A stretch of DNA of 64,000 nucleotides. It comes from Bacteroidales bacterium. GTDB taxonomy: Bacteria > Bacteroidota > Bacteroidia > Bacteroidales > NBLH01. The position numbers were made by a program, and so were the translations under genes. The notes under the pieces were generated by a model, which saw only the letters and a program-made list of their open reading frames with translations, searched no databases and was not told the origin of the DNA. The stretch spans positions 1,430 to 65,429 of the forward strand of contig JBNKJW010000052.1 of assembly GCA_050291445.1 (NCBI GenBank), written 5' to 3'. Below, one piece after another: positions 38,937 to 47,599 of the stretch (the first letter of the stretch is position 1; the number at the start of each line of letters is the position of its first letter).

Positions 38937-38975
38937 AAAAGCTATGTTTTGTTTTTCAAAGCATAGCTTTTTTGT
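38937..38975 (+). terminator. Rho-independent terminator
   Basis: AGCTATG (38940-38946) / CATAGCT (38962-38968) stem followed by a T-run. Confidence 0.55.
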
Positions 38976-39008
38976 TTCTGGCCTCTCCAAATCAATAAAT
39001 TAATAACC

Positions 39009-40385
39009 ATGAAAAAGGCTGTCCGTATAATTTTTCTATTAATTGCATGTGTTTTTTTGGTTAACAATTTAACTAAAGCCCAATATATTAAAGAAAAAAA
39101 GACCACCCGTATCTTATTTATTTTTGATGCCTCAAACAGCATGAACGGGAAATGGGAGAGCGACAAAAAAATCACTATTGCCCGCAGGTTATTAATAGAA
39201 CTGGTTGATAGCCTTGAAAAAATTGAAGGCACCCAGTTGGCATTAAGGGTTTACGGTCATCAATTTAAAGTGCCCCCTCAGGTTTGCACCGATTCTAAGC
39301 TGGAAGTGCCTTTTGCATGGAACAATGCACCAAAAATAAGAGAAAAACTGAATGAAATTCTACCAAAAGGAACTACTCCTATTGCGTATTCTTTAGAACA
39401 ATCAGGCAATGATTTCCCAACCTGCAAGAATTGCAAAAACGTAATTGTTTTAATAACAGACGGGATTGAAGCTTGCGAAGGCGATCCTTGTGCTATTGCT
39501 TTAATGCTGCAACGGAAAGGAATCAGTCTTAAGCCCTATGTTATTGGAATTGGTCTTGATATGGAAACTAAACAGGCTTTTGAGTGTGTAGGTAAGTTTT
39601 TTGATGCAGACAACGAAGAAAGGTTTGAAGACATCTTGCAGGATGTTGTTAAACAAGCACTTAACCAAACTTCGGCACAAATAAACCTGTTGGATATTTA
39701 CAATAAACCAACAGAGACAGATGTGAATATGACTTTTTATGATCAGAAAACCAACAAACGACTTTTTAATACCATTCATACCCTAAATAAAAATGGTGAT
39801 CCGGACACTATTTTCCTTGAACCCAGGATTACGTATAAAATTGTTGTTAACACTATCCCGCAAGTTGTTATTGAAAATATTAAAATTAAGCCACAAAGGC
39901 ATAATATTATAAAAAAACCTGCTCCCCAGGGATACTTAAAAGTTATACAAGAAAGAGGTGTGCAATACAGAGACATGAAGTTTATTGTTAGAAAGGCAGG
40001 CCAATTAACTACATTAAATGCTCAGACCATTGGCGAACGTGAAAAATATCTAGTTGAAAAGTATGATATTGAATTGCTTACACTGCCAAGAATCTATCAC
40101 TACAATGTAAAAATAAACCAGAGTAAAACCACCACCCTAAAGGTTCCTGAGCCGGGTATTGCCAATATCTCAATGCCTGCGAAAGGTTATGGTAGTTTAT
40201 ATGTTTTAATAAATGGAAAACAGGAGTGGGTTTGCAACCTGAATCAGTTAACAAAAACTGCGCTTAATCTGCAACCAGGTAGCTACATGGTCATTTACCG
40301 AACTGGGCTGGCAACTAAAATGGACATGTCGGTAATTAAAGAATTCAAAGTGGTTTCAGGTAGATCGGTTTCTGTTGAATTTTAA
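39009..40385 (+). CDS. secreted von Willebrand factor type A (VWA) domain protein
   Basis: Signal peptide, MIDAS motif ILFIFDASNSMNG, downstream TPIAYSL and VIVLITDG blocks, and a C-terminal beta-rich region. Confidence 0.8.
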   Translation: MKKAVRIIFLLIACVFLVNNLTKAQYIKEKKTTRILFIFDASNSMNGKWESDKKITIARRLLIELVDSLEKIEGTQLALRVYGHQFKVPPQVCTDSKLEVPFAWNNAPKIREKLNEILPKGTTPIAYSLEQSGNDFPTCKNCKNVIVLITDGIEACEGDPCAIALMLQRKGISLKPYVIGIGLDMETKQAFECVGKFFDADNEERFEDILQDVVKQALNQTSAQINLLDIYNKPTETDVNMTFYDQKTNKRLFNTIHTLNKNGDPDTIFLEPRITYKIVVNTIPQVVIENIKIKPQRHNIIKKPAPQGYLKVIQERGVQYRDMKFIVRKAGQLTTLNAQTIGEREKYLVEKYDIELLTLPRIYHYNVKINQSKTTTLKVPEPGIANISMPAKGYGSLYVLINGKQEWVCNLNQLTKTALNLQPGSYMVIYRTGLATKMDMSVIKEFKVVSGRSVSVEF

Positions 40386-40519
40386 GATAAAATAAGGAGA
40401 AGAAGTTATCTGAGAAGCCGTCATTCTGAGTGGCGGGAAGGAGCCTCCCGACTACATAGTCTGACTTTCAGAACATTACCCCTCTCCTACTCTTCGCGAC
40501 AACTTTCTGCAGGAAGCTC

Positions 40520-40569
40520 AAAAAAATAAAAAACCCACAGCAAAGTATTTTCACTGTGGGTAGTTTTTT
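40520..40569. terminator. bidirectional terminator hairpin
   Basis: CCCACAG (40534-40540) / CTGTGGG (40554-40560) flanked by an A-run upstream and a T-run downstream. Lies between convergent genes ending at 40385 and 40610. Confidence 0.6.
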
Positions 40570-40609
40570 AACTTGGCAAGTCTTAAAGACTTTTTAAATT
40601 TATATTTTT

Positions 40610-41134
40610 TTATTCGCCAAGCAATTCTTTAGCCAATAAAAGTGCTGTTTTTTGTCTGTCAACCAAAGTGCCCATTTTTTCATTGGCTTTATCCAATGCT
40701 TCAACAGATTTTTTTGTGTTTTTAACGGCTTTTGGTGCTTTCATTTTTGGCTTCACGTTTTTAGCGTTTTTAACCATTGTTTGCCCCTGTCCTTTTAATT
40801 GTTTTAATTCACCTTTTAATCCTGGAATTGCCTCATTTATTTCGTTTAAGGCTTTTACATCATTTCTAAGCGATTTCAAATCAATATTATCCTTATCTTT
40901 TTGGTATTCAACAAGGTTCGCTTCAACCTTTGCAAGGTTCTTGTCTAATTTACATACGTTGAAATAAGTATCAAACGAGCTGTTTTTAAAATTATCAAAG
41001 TCACTTACTCCAATACTTGCAGGGCGTTTTAATTCACCATACGAATCTAAAGTTTGTGAATTTGCATTGTCAACAAATAAAAAAGAAGCACATAACAGTG
41101 CAACTAAGAATTGAAAAGTTCTTTTTGTTTTCAT
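40610..41134 (-). CDS. hypothetical secreted K-rich coiled-coil protein
   Basis: 174 aa with a signal peptide (FLVALLCASFLFVDNANSQ). No family recognised. Confidence 0.55.
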   Translation of the reverse strand: MKTKRTFQFLVALLCASFLFVDNANSQTLDSYGELKRPASIGVSDFDNFKNSSFDTYFNVCKLDKNLAKVEANLVEYQKDKDNIDLKSLRNDVKALNEINEAIPGLKGELKQLKGQGQTMVKNAKNVKPKMKAPKAVKNTKKSVEALDKANEKMGTLVDRQKTALLLAKELLGE

Positions 41135-41382
41135 GAGTAATTTATATTAGTTAGTTAATTAATTTTCAAGATGTTCGAATAGTATCGCTTTAACAAAACG
41201 TTAATGCAATTTAAAGTAAAAAAAGTGAATATTCAAAACGCCAGGAAAAAACTAACAATTAATATTCCAAAACACACAGTAAATCTATTTACTTATTCTT
41301 ATTTTTGATTAATGCATTAATTGTTTAGGCAGCTATTCTGGAAATTCCTTTTTCATGAATTTTTAAAACAAATTATTTTATC

Positions 41383-42390
41383 ATGTTATTCGCCCCTATT
41401 GAAATAAAGAACTTAAAAAGTAAAAACCGAATTGTAATGGCTCCAATGTGTCAGTATCAGGCAGAAAATGGCTTTGCCAACGACTGGCACTTTGTACATT
41501 ATGTTTCAAGAGCAATTGGTCAGGTTGGTATAATTATTATCGAAGCATCTGCTATAGAACCCCGGGGGCGGATTTCGACGAACGATTTAGGCATCTGGAG
41601 TGATGAACATATTGAACCATTGAAAAAAATAGTAGCTGCCTGTAAAATACATGGTGCTAAAATTGGTATACAATTGGCCCATGCCGGAAGAAAATCCCGA
41701 GCAACCAACTCTAACCCGGTTGCCCCAAGCCCAATTCCATTTAATGAAAAATCCCAGGTACCCAACGAATTAACAAAAGAAGAAATAAACGAAATTGTTA
41801 AAAAATTTGGTGAAGCCGCCAAAAGAGCTGAAATGGCTGAGTTTGATTTTGTGGAAGTTCATGGTGCACATGGTTACCTGATAAGCGAATTCCTGTCGCC
41901 TGTTACCAACCTGCGCAAAGATAGTTATGGACAAAGCAAAGAATTATTTCTAAAAGAAGTTTTAGAAAGTGTACAGTCCAACTTTCCAAAAGAAAAACCA
42001 ATATTTCTTAGGGTATCTGGTGAGGAATATCACCCCAAAGGCAACCATCCAGAGTTATTGGCCCAACTACTTGGCAAAGTCTTGCAATTATTTGATGTTA
42101 TGCATGTTAGCTCTGGAGGTATTTATAACAAAGAAGCCTATAAGGCTTTCCCGGCGTATCAATTGGATTATGCAACTAAGCTAAAAGAAATTTTAAAAAA
42201 ACCAACGATTGCTGTAGGGAAACTTGAAGATCCAATAGTAGCACAAAAAGCTTTAAATGAAAGTAAAACTGACATGATAGCAATTGGCAGGGGACTTTTA
42301 ACAGATCCTCACTGGCCTTTGCATGCTGCAAGAACGTTACAGCAAGAAATTAAGTGGCCAAAACCTTATGAGAGAGCAAAAGACGTGTGA
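41383..42390 (+). CDS. namA: NADPH dehydrogenase / NADH:flavin oxidoreductase (Old Yellow Enzyme, YqjM/NamA type)
   Basis: IVMAPMCQY, IQLAHAGRK, VHGAHGYLISEFLSP, and C-terminal IAIGRG. Confidence 0.9.
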   Translation: MLFAPIEIKNLKSKNRIVMAPMCQYQAENGFANDWHFVHYVSRAIGQVGIIIIEASAIEPRGRISTNDLGIWSDEHIEPLKKIVAACKIHGAKIGIQLAHAGRKSRATNSNPVAPSPIPFNEKSQVPNELTKEEINEIVKKFGEAAKRAEMAEFDFVEVHGAHGYLISEFLSPVTNLRKDSYGQSKELFLKEVLESVQSNFPKEKPIFLRVSGEEYHPKGNHPELLAQLLGKVLQLFDVMHVSSGGIYNKEAYKAFPAYQLDYATKLKEILKKPTIAVGKLEDPIVAQKALNESKTDMIAIGRGLLTDPHWPLHAARTLQQEIKWPKPYERAKDV

Positions 42391-42600
42391 TGTTATTATC
42401 CCCATTTATGCATTTGCATAATTCGATAAAGAGCAACTAACTGCTTTATAGAAAAATATAAAGAAACTTGACAAACCACTTTTGTTAAATCACTAAGTTG
42501 CTCTAAATAAGGATTTATCGGAGCTTGCCATTAGTTCACTTTGTTCCTAATACCTAATCCCGGTTTATGGAAGAAGTTCTTCTAAAACTTTAAGGTAACT

Positions 42601-42636
42601 AAAAAAGGCTATTTAAGTATAAATAGCCTTTTAAAA
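42601..42636. terminator. bidirectional terminator hairpin
   Basis: GGCTATTTA (42607-42615) / TAAATAGCC (42620-42628) with a flanking A-run and T-run. Lies between convergent genes. Confidence 0.6.
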
Positions 42637-42658
42637 ATAAATTGGTAGTATTTCAAAT

Positions 42659-43216
42659 TTAAAACCTATAGCCTAATGATATTCTAAAAATCCCATTAAT
42701 TGATGGAATATCTACACTTTCCTCTTCATATGTAGGATCATCATAGGTAAACTCACCAGTAAAATTCTTACCAAGTCCACCCCCAATATCTAACAATATT
42801 CCTTTTTCCGAAACCCATTTGTAGCCAATCCCAAAACCGGCACCAAAAGCCTTCCAGGTAGCAACTACATTGCCAGTAGTATTTGTGTTTGAAAAAGTAA
42901 ATTTTCTATTTGCATACCTCACATATGGGAAAGCATAAAATCTATCCCCACCTTTGTTAGGAGAAAAGTAATACTTAAATAAACCACTCATAACTAAGCC
43001 ACTAGCACTGGATGTTCCCTCAAAAAAATCCCCGGTTGAATACGAATAAGATGCAGTTGCCTCAAGACCAATATCGTCATTAACAACATACTCCAAGGAT
43101 ACCGGAACGGTGTTAAATAGTAAACCTATAGGATTGGTTTTTAGCTCAAGATGTTGTGCATTACCCGCAAAAGCAGAAAATACAAGAATTGCTACAATAA
43201 TTGTTGCCTTTTTCAT
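42659..43216 (-). CDS. outer-membrane beta-barrel protein (small porin-family)
   Basis: Start at MKKATIIVAILVFSAFAGNAQ, about 8 amphipathic strands, and terminal ...ISLGYRF. Confidence 0.7.
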   Translation of the reverse strand: MKKATIIVAILVFSAFAGNAQHLELKTNPIGLLFNTVPVSLEYVVNDDIGLEATASYSYSTGDFFEGTSSASGLVMSGLFKYYFSPNKGGDRFYAFPYVRYANRKFTFSNTNTTGNVVATWKAFGAGFGIGYKWVSEKGILLDIGGGLGKNFTGEFTYDDPTYEEESVDIPSINGIFRISLGYRF

Positions 43217-43359
43217 AATTAACAAATTTTTTTATTTTTTAATTGTTTAATCTAAAGACAACAGCAGAATGTAAAAGCCCCTAGTTAGAAAAAGCTTGTT
43301 TTGCCCAAGCACCCTTTTACCATGACCAACGAATACATTTTAATGATGAATGGAAAAAA

Positions 43360-43440
43360 CTAGTGTTAAGTCAACTATGATATTTCTGGTGCACTTGTCA
43401 GGTGTTGTCACCTGACAAATTAGCCTTAACACGACACTAG
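43360..43440 (+). repeat. minimal 81-bp MITE/REP-like element (X-module archetype)
   Basis: CTAGTGTTAAGTCAA...TTAACACGACACTAG with imperfect terminal inverted repeats. A perfect central hairpin TTGTCAGGTG-TTGT-CACCTGACAA sits at 43395-43418. Confidence 0.7.
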
Positions 43441-43538
43441 CAAAACAGTCTCTAAGCAATATGAAAAGGGGGCAACCACCTCCTTACAAGTTAATCATCA
43501 GACACATAGACAATTGTACGGGGTGTGTGATTGTAAGG

Positions 43539-44783
43539 TTATAAATAGTCAGCACTGTTTTCTTCCTCTTGTTTAACAAATGGCTCAACAGCCCTTTTAT
43601 AAATCCCTTGTACCCAAGCAATTGCCATTCCATAATTGGTTACAGGAATACCTGCATCAATAGCAGGTTTTAAGCGGTTCGAAATCTGCTTTTTGGTAAT
43701 CATACAACCTCCGCACTGCACAACCAAAGCATAATCATGAATATCGCGCGCCAGACCGTCGAGCCCTGAAACTACATCGTATTCAAGTTTTTTGCCTGTA
43801 AAGTTGGTAATCCATCGGGGAATTTTAACACGGCCAATATCATCGCATGAAACATGGTGCGTGCATGATTCTAAAAGCAAGACCCGATCACCATCTTTTA
43901 GCTCGGATATTTTTGGTGTCCCCTTAAGATAATGTTCAAAGTCGCCTTTTAACCTTGCCAGCACAACACTAAAACCTGTAAGCGGTATTTCTTTTGGAAT
44001 GGAGGCATCGGCTTTTAAAAAAATCTGGCTGTCAGTAATTGCCAGGTTGGGTTTTATTCCAGTCTTCTTTAAAAAAGCATCCACTTCACGCTCTTTTACA
44101 ACAATGGCTGTGCAATCATTATCAAGAATATCACGAATCATTTGTACTTGCGGAAGGATAAGCCTGCCCGCCGGAGCTTCAATGTCAATTGGGGTAATAA
44201 GCAATACAATGTCGCCATATGAAACCAAGTCACCTATCAATGAATTGACTTTATAGGAACTTTCCGGAATTGTTTTTTTCACCTGGCTAATTAGAAATTC
44301 CAGTTGCTTTGTCCATTTCTCACTTCCAATAGTACTGTATTCAATTACCGGGACTTTATAAAGTGATTTTACCAACTCAATGGTTTCGTTTGCCAGTGGC
44401 TCAATGTCGGATTTATTATGCACCACAACAAAGGGTGTATCGTAATACCTTAGTTTATCTATCAGTTTTTTTTCATAATCGCCCAGGTTGTTTTTAGTAA
44501 TTACCACAATACCCAAATCAATTGTTTTTATTGCCTCAAATGTTTTATCAATCCTCTTTTGTCCAAGTTCTCCAACATCATCTATACCAGCTGTATCAAC
44601 CAAAACAACCGGTCCAAAACCGGTAATTTCGAATGATTTTTTTACAGGATCTGTCGTGGTGCCTGCTGTATCTGAAACAATTGCTATGTCCTGGCCAGCC
44701 AAACGGTTGATTAACGAGCTTTTACCATAGTTCCTTCGTCCAAATATTCCAATATGAGGTTTTGATTCTTTTCCTTTTTTCAC
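43539..44783 (-). CDS. hydF: [FeFe]-hydrogenase H-cluster maturation GTPase HydF
   Basis: GTPase motifs GRRNYGKSS, DTAG and NKSD. C-terminal cluster-binding region SCTHH...(about 50 aa)...QCGGCM, followed by GIPVTNYG. Confidence 0.85.
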   Translation of the reverse strand: MKKGKESKPHIGIFGRRNYGKSSLINRLAGQDIAIVSDTAGTTTDPVKKSFEITGFGPVVLVDTAGIDDVGELGQKRIDKTFEAIKTIDLGIVVITKNNLGDYEKKLIDKLRYYDTPFVVVHNKSDIEPLANETIELVKSLYKVPVIEYSTIGSEKWTKQLEFLISQVKKTIPESSYKVNSLIGDLVSYGDIVLLITPIDIEAPAGRLILPQVQMIRDILDNDCTAIVVKEREVDAFLKKTGIKPNLAITDSQIFLKADASIPKEIPLTGFSVVLARLKGDFEHYLKGTPKISELKDGDRVLLLESCTHHVSCDDIGRVKIPRWITNFTGKKLEYDVVSGLDGLARDIHDYALVVQCGGCMITKKQISNRLKPAIDAGIPVTNYGMAIAWVQGIYKRAVEPFVKQEEENSADYL

Positions 44784-45251
44784 TTGTCTGAATTTAAATT
44801 AAGTTACTGTAAGTCAATAACATAGTTATTGTAGAATGATTAAGTTTCTTATAAAATCTCTCTGCGCCTCCGCTAAAGCTTCAGCGGCACGCGGAATGAG
44901 GGTTTCATAAAATACCTTTACCTATTTTATATCTTTTCACACTGACTTTGGGCTCACAAATTTAGTAATTTTTCAGAATGTCTTTTGAATCAAAACATCC
45001 CATGAGCCCAACAATTTTGATTTGCATTTATCGGCATATAAAACTATTCTTTTCCAATCTGTTTTTTTGGATTGAAAGTTGCCTTGTAAGTTCTGCTATT
45101 TGGCAAGATTTATGTCATTTCTGCTAATAATAGCTTCAGTTTTCTATTTTTTTAATGAAAATGTAAAGTTCTATAAAAAAAATTCTAATTTTATAGCATC
45201 AGAAATCAGTTTAAGCTGATTTTTTTTACCGTTTTAATCGAACAGTATTTA

Positions 45252-47579
45252 ATGAGTTGGTTTAAAAACATACGATTATTAACAAAAATACGGCTATTTA
45301 TTAGCCTGTTGTTCACTTTAATGTTTCTAATAAGTGGGGCTTTCCTTTTTTTCACAAGAAAAAGTCAGATAACTAATGAGTATGAAGACAAAATAAATAC
45401 ACAAATAGCCGAATTAGAAAGTGTTATCAACAGCTATTTAAAAAGAGATAAAGATCTTTTAAATCTGGCAGTAAAAATTGCCGATCATAAAATAAATGAA
45501 AACAGTGAAATTATTGAAAGTCCTACCAAGGAAATTACCATTAAAGCTGTTGACCCTTTTACCAATAAATCAATTGAACTAAAGTTAAACGAATGGAGAG
45601 TGGATGGCTTTCCTTTGTTAAACAACTACATGCTGGCTGATCAATTGGCCAGCTTAACAAAATTGGATGTTTCAATCTATCAAAAATGTGATAAAGGATA
45701 TGTAAATGTATCAACCAGCATCCTTTCCCTGGCTAAAGAGCGAATGACCGGAGACATTCTTTTAAAAAGTTCTCCAATTGTAGAAACCATAGAGCAAGGC
45801 AACCAGTTTTCCGGAAGGGTGTTCCAGAACAACGCATGGTACAATACCAGCTACAAACCACTTTACATTGATGGTAAAATTAAAGGCCTCTACTATCTTG
45901 GAATTAGGGAAAGAATGGGTCGTGCACTTATGAATGTTTTTGAAAGCAAAAAATTCCTAAAATCAGGATATCCTTTTTTAATTACCAAAGAGGGCACTAT
46001 TTTAATTCACCCTGAAGAAAAGCAAGGAGCTGATTATTCGAAAACATCAATTTTTAAAAAGCTGAACTCCAGCAACTTAAACTCGGGAACAATTAGGTAC
46101 AAATGGCCCAATGAAAAACACGGACAACAGTGGAACCTACATTATAAATACCATGAACCTACTCAGAGTTATATTTGTATTGGTTATCCTAAAAGCGAAT
46201 TGTATAACGAACTGATTATTTATTCGGTATATGGGTTTATTGGTTTTATTATTTTCATCATTGTTTTACAATTTTTCTTTGGACTGGCCTACAAGCCATT
46301 AAAAAGAAGACTTAACCGACTGAAAAGCATTTTAACCCATCTGGCTGAAGGGCAAAATACAGACATGCTTAAATTACCTGGAGAGAGAGAGTTTTATGAG
46401 TTGGGTGAAAAAGTTAATCAAATTTCAGGAAGGTTTAATGATTTAGCTGAGTTTGCTAATGGCTTGGCTAATGATAACTTTTCTCAGGTATATCCTAAAT
46501 CATTTATTGATGATAAAATTGGCGAGGCTTTGATTCTAATTAATGATAAATTGAATGAAGCAATGTACAATGAAAACATCAGAAAAAAAGAAGATAAGCT
46601 AAGAGACTGGGAATCAGAGGGTTTGTCGAGATTCGTTAACATTCTGCAACGAAACCGGGAAAACCTTGACGAGCTGTGTTATGAATTGATTTCAAACCTG
46701 GTTGAATACCTTAATGCCGATTTGGGCGCACTTTTTTTTATCAATGCCGATGACCCGGAAGACATCTATTTTGAACAAATGGCTACATATGCCTTTGAAC
46801 AACGCAGGCTGGTACAAAAGAAAATTTATCCGGAACAAGGTTTGATAGGACGAATTTTTAATGAAAAAGAAACCATTTATCTTTCGGAGGTTCCAAAAGG
46901 TTATATCACAATAAAATCAGGCTTGGGCGAGGGCGATCCTAAAAACCTTCTAATTGTACCACTTTTGATAAATAAAGAAGTTTATGGGGCAATTGAAATT
47001 GCTTCGTTTAATCTTATTAAAGGTTTCCAGATTGAATTTATTGAAAAAATTGGAGAAAATATTGCTTCCACAATCAACAATGTGTTAGTAAACACTAAAA
47101 CCAAGGAGTTGCTGCAGCAATCAAGAAAACAATCAGAGCTATTGAGCAGCCAGGAAGAAGAAATGCGGAGGAATATTCTTGAATTACAAAACATTCAAAA
47201 AGAATCAGATGCAAGCATATATGCCCAAAAAGATTTGTTTAAATCAATTGATGATATTGTTTTAATTATTGAAATGAACGCAACTGGCGAAATTATTTTT
47301 GTAAATGATTTGGTGCCCCAGTTTTTTGCCATGACCAAAGAAAACCTGGAAGGTAAACATTATAGTGATTACAGCAACTATGTTCCCGTAGATGAATACA
47401 AAAACCTGATTGTTTGTTGGGAAAAAATAACCAAAGGGGAAAATGTTCAAACTGATTTGAAAATTAAATCAGGTAAAGGTTCCATGTCTAGCATTTTTGT
47501 TTCAATAATTCCAAAAATGAAAGATGATAAAGTGGAAAGAGTTATTTTAATGGGTATTGAGTTACAAAATAAGGCTTAA
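45252..47579 (+). CDS. transmembrane sensor protein: Cache_3-Cache_2-like periplasmic domain, HAMP, GAF, coiled coil, PAS; no recognisable output domain
   Basis: TM1 IRLFISLLFTLMFLISGAFLFF. Periplasmic blocks KLDVSIYQKCDKGYVNVSTSI...YKPLYIDGKIKGLYYLGI and SGYPFLITKEGTILIHPE. TM2 IIYSVYGFIGFIIFIIVLQFFF, then a HAMP-like linker and a GAF domain (..LLIVPLLINKEVYGAIEIASF). A heptad segment ELLQQSRKQSELLSSQEEEMRRNILELQ precedes a C-terminal PAS domain, and the protein ends about 120 aa later. Confidence 0.8.
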   Translation: MSWFKNIRLLTKIRLFISLLFTLMFLISGAFLFFTRKSQITNEYEDKINTQIAELESVINSYLKRDKDLLNLAVKIADHKINENSEIIESPTKEITIKAVDPFTNKSIELKLNEWRVDGFPLLNNYMLADQLASLTKLDVSIYQKCDKGYVNVSTSILSLAKERMTGDILLKSSPIVETIEQGNQFSGRVFQNNAWYNTSYKPLYIDGKIKGLYYLGIRERMGRALMNVFESKKFLKSGYPFLITKEGTILIHPEEKQGADYSKTSIFKKLNSSNLNSGTIRYKWPNEKHGQQWNLHYKYHEPTQSYICIGYPKSELYNELIIYSVYGFIGFIIFIIVLQFFFGLAYKPLKRRLNRLKSILTHLAEGQNTDMLKLPGEREFYELGEKVNQISGRFNDLAEFANGLANDNFSQVYPKSFIDDKIGEALILINDKLNEAMYNENIRKKEDKLRDWESEGLSRFVNILQRNRENLDELCYELISNLVEYLNADLGALFFINADDPEDIYFEQMATYAFEQRRLVQKKIYPEQGLIGRIFNEKETIYLSEVPKGYITIKSGLGEGDPKNLLIVPLLINKEVYGAIEIASFNLIKGFQIEFIEKIGENIASTINNVLVNTKTKELLQQSRKQSELLSSQEEEMRRNILELQNIQKESDASIYAQKDLFKSIDDIVLIIEMNATGEIIFVNDLVPQFFAMTKENLEGKHYSDYSNYVPVDEYKNLIVCWEKITKGENVQTDLKIKSGKGSMSSIFVSIIPKMKDDKVERVILMGIELQNKA

Positions 47580-47599
47580 TATAAATCGTAATTGTTCAA

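Noticed and set aside
40386-40520. GTCATTCTGAG...CGGGAAGGAGCCTCCCG... segment after the VWA gene
   Set aside because: It resembles the short GC-richer palindromic remnants that I recall as common in Bacteroidota intergenic DNA. It is single and decayed here, with no second copy in the window, so it is not reported as an element.
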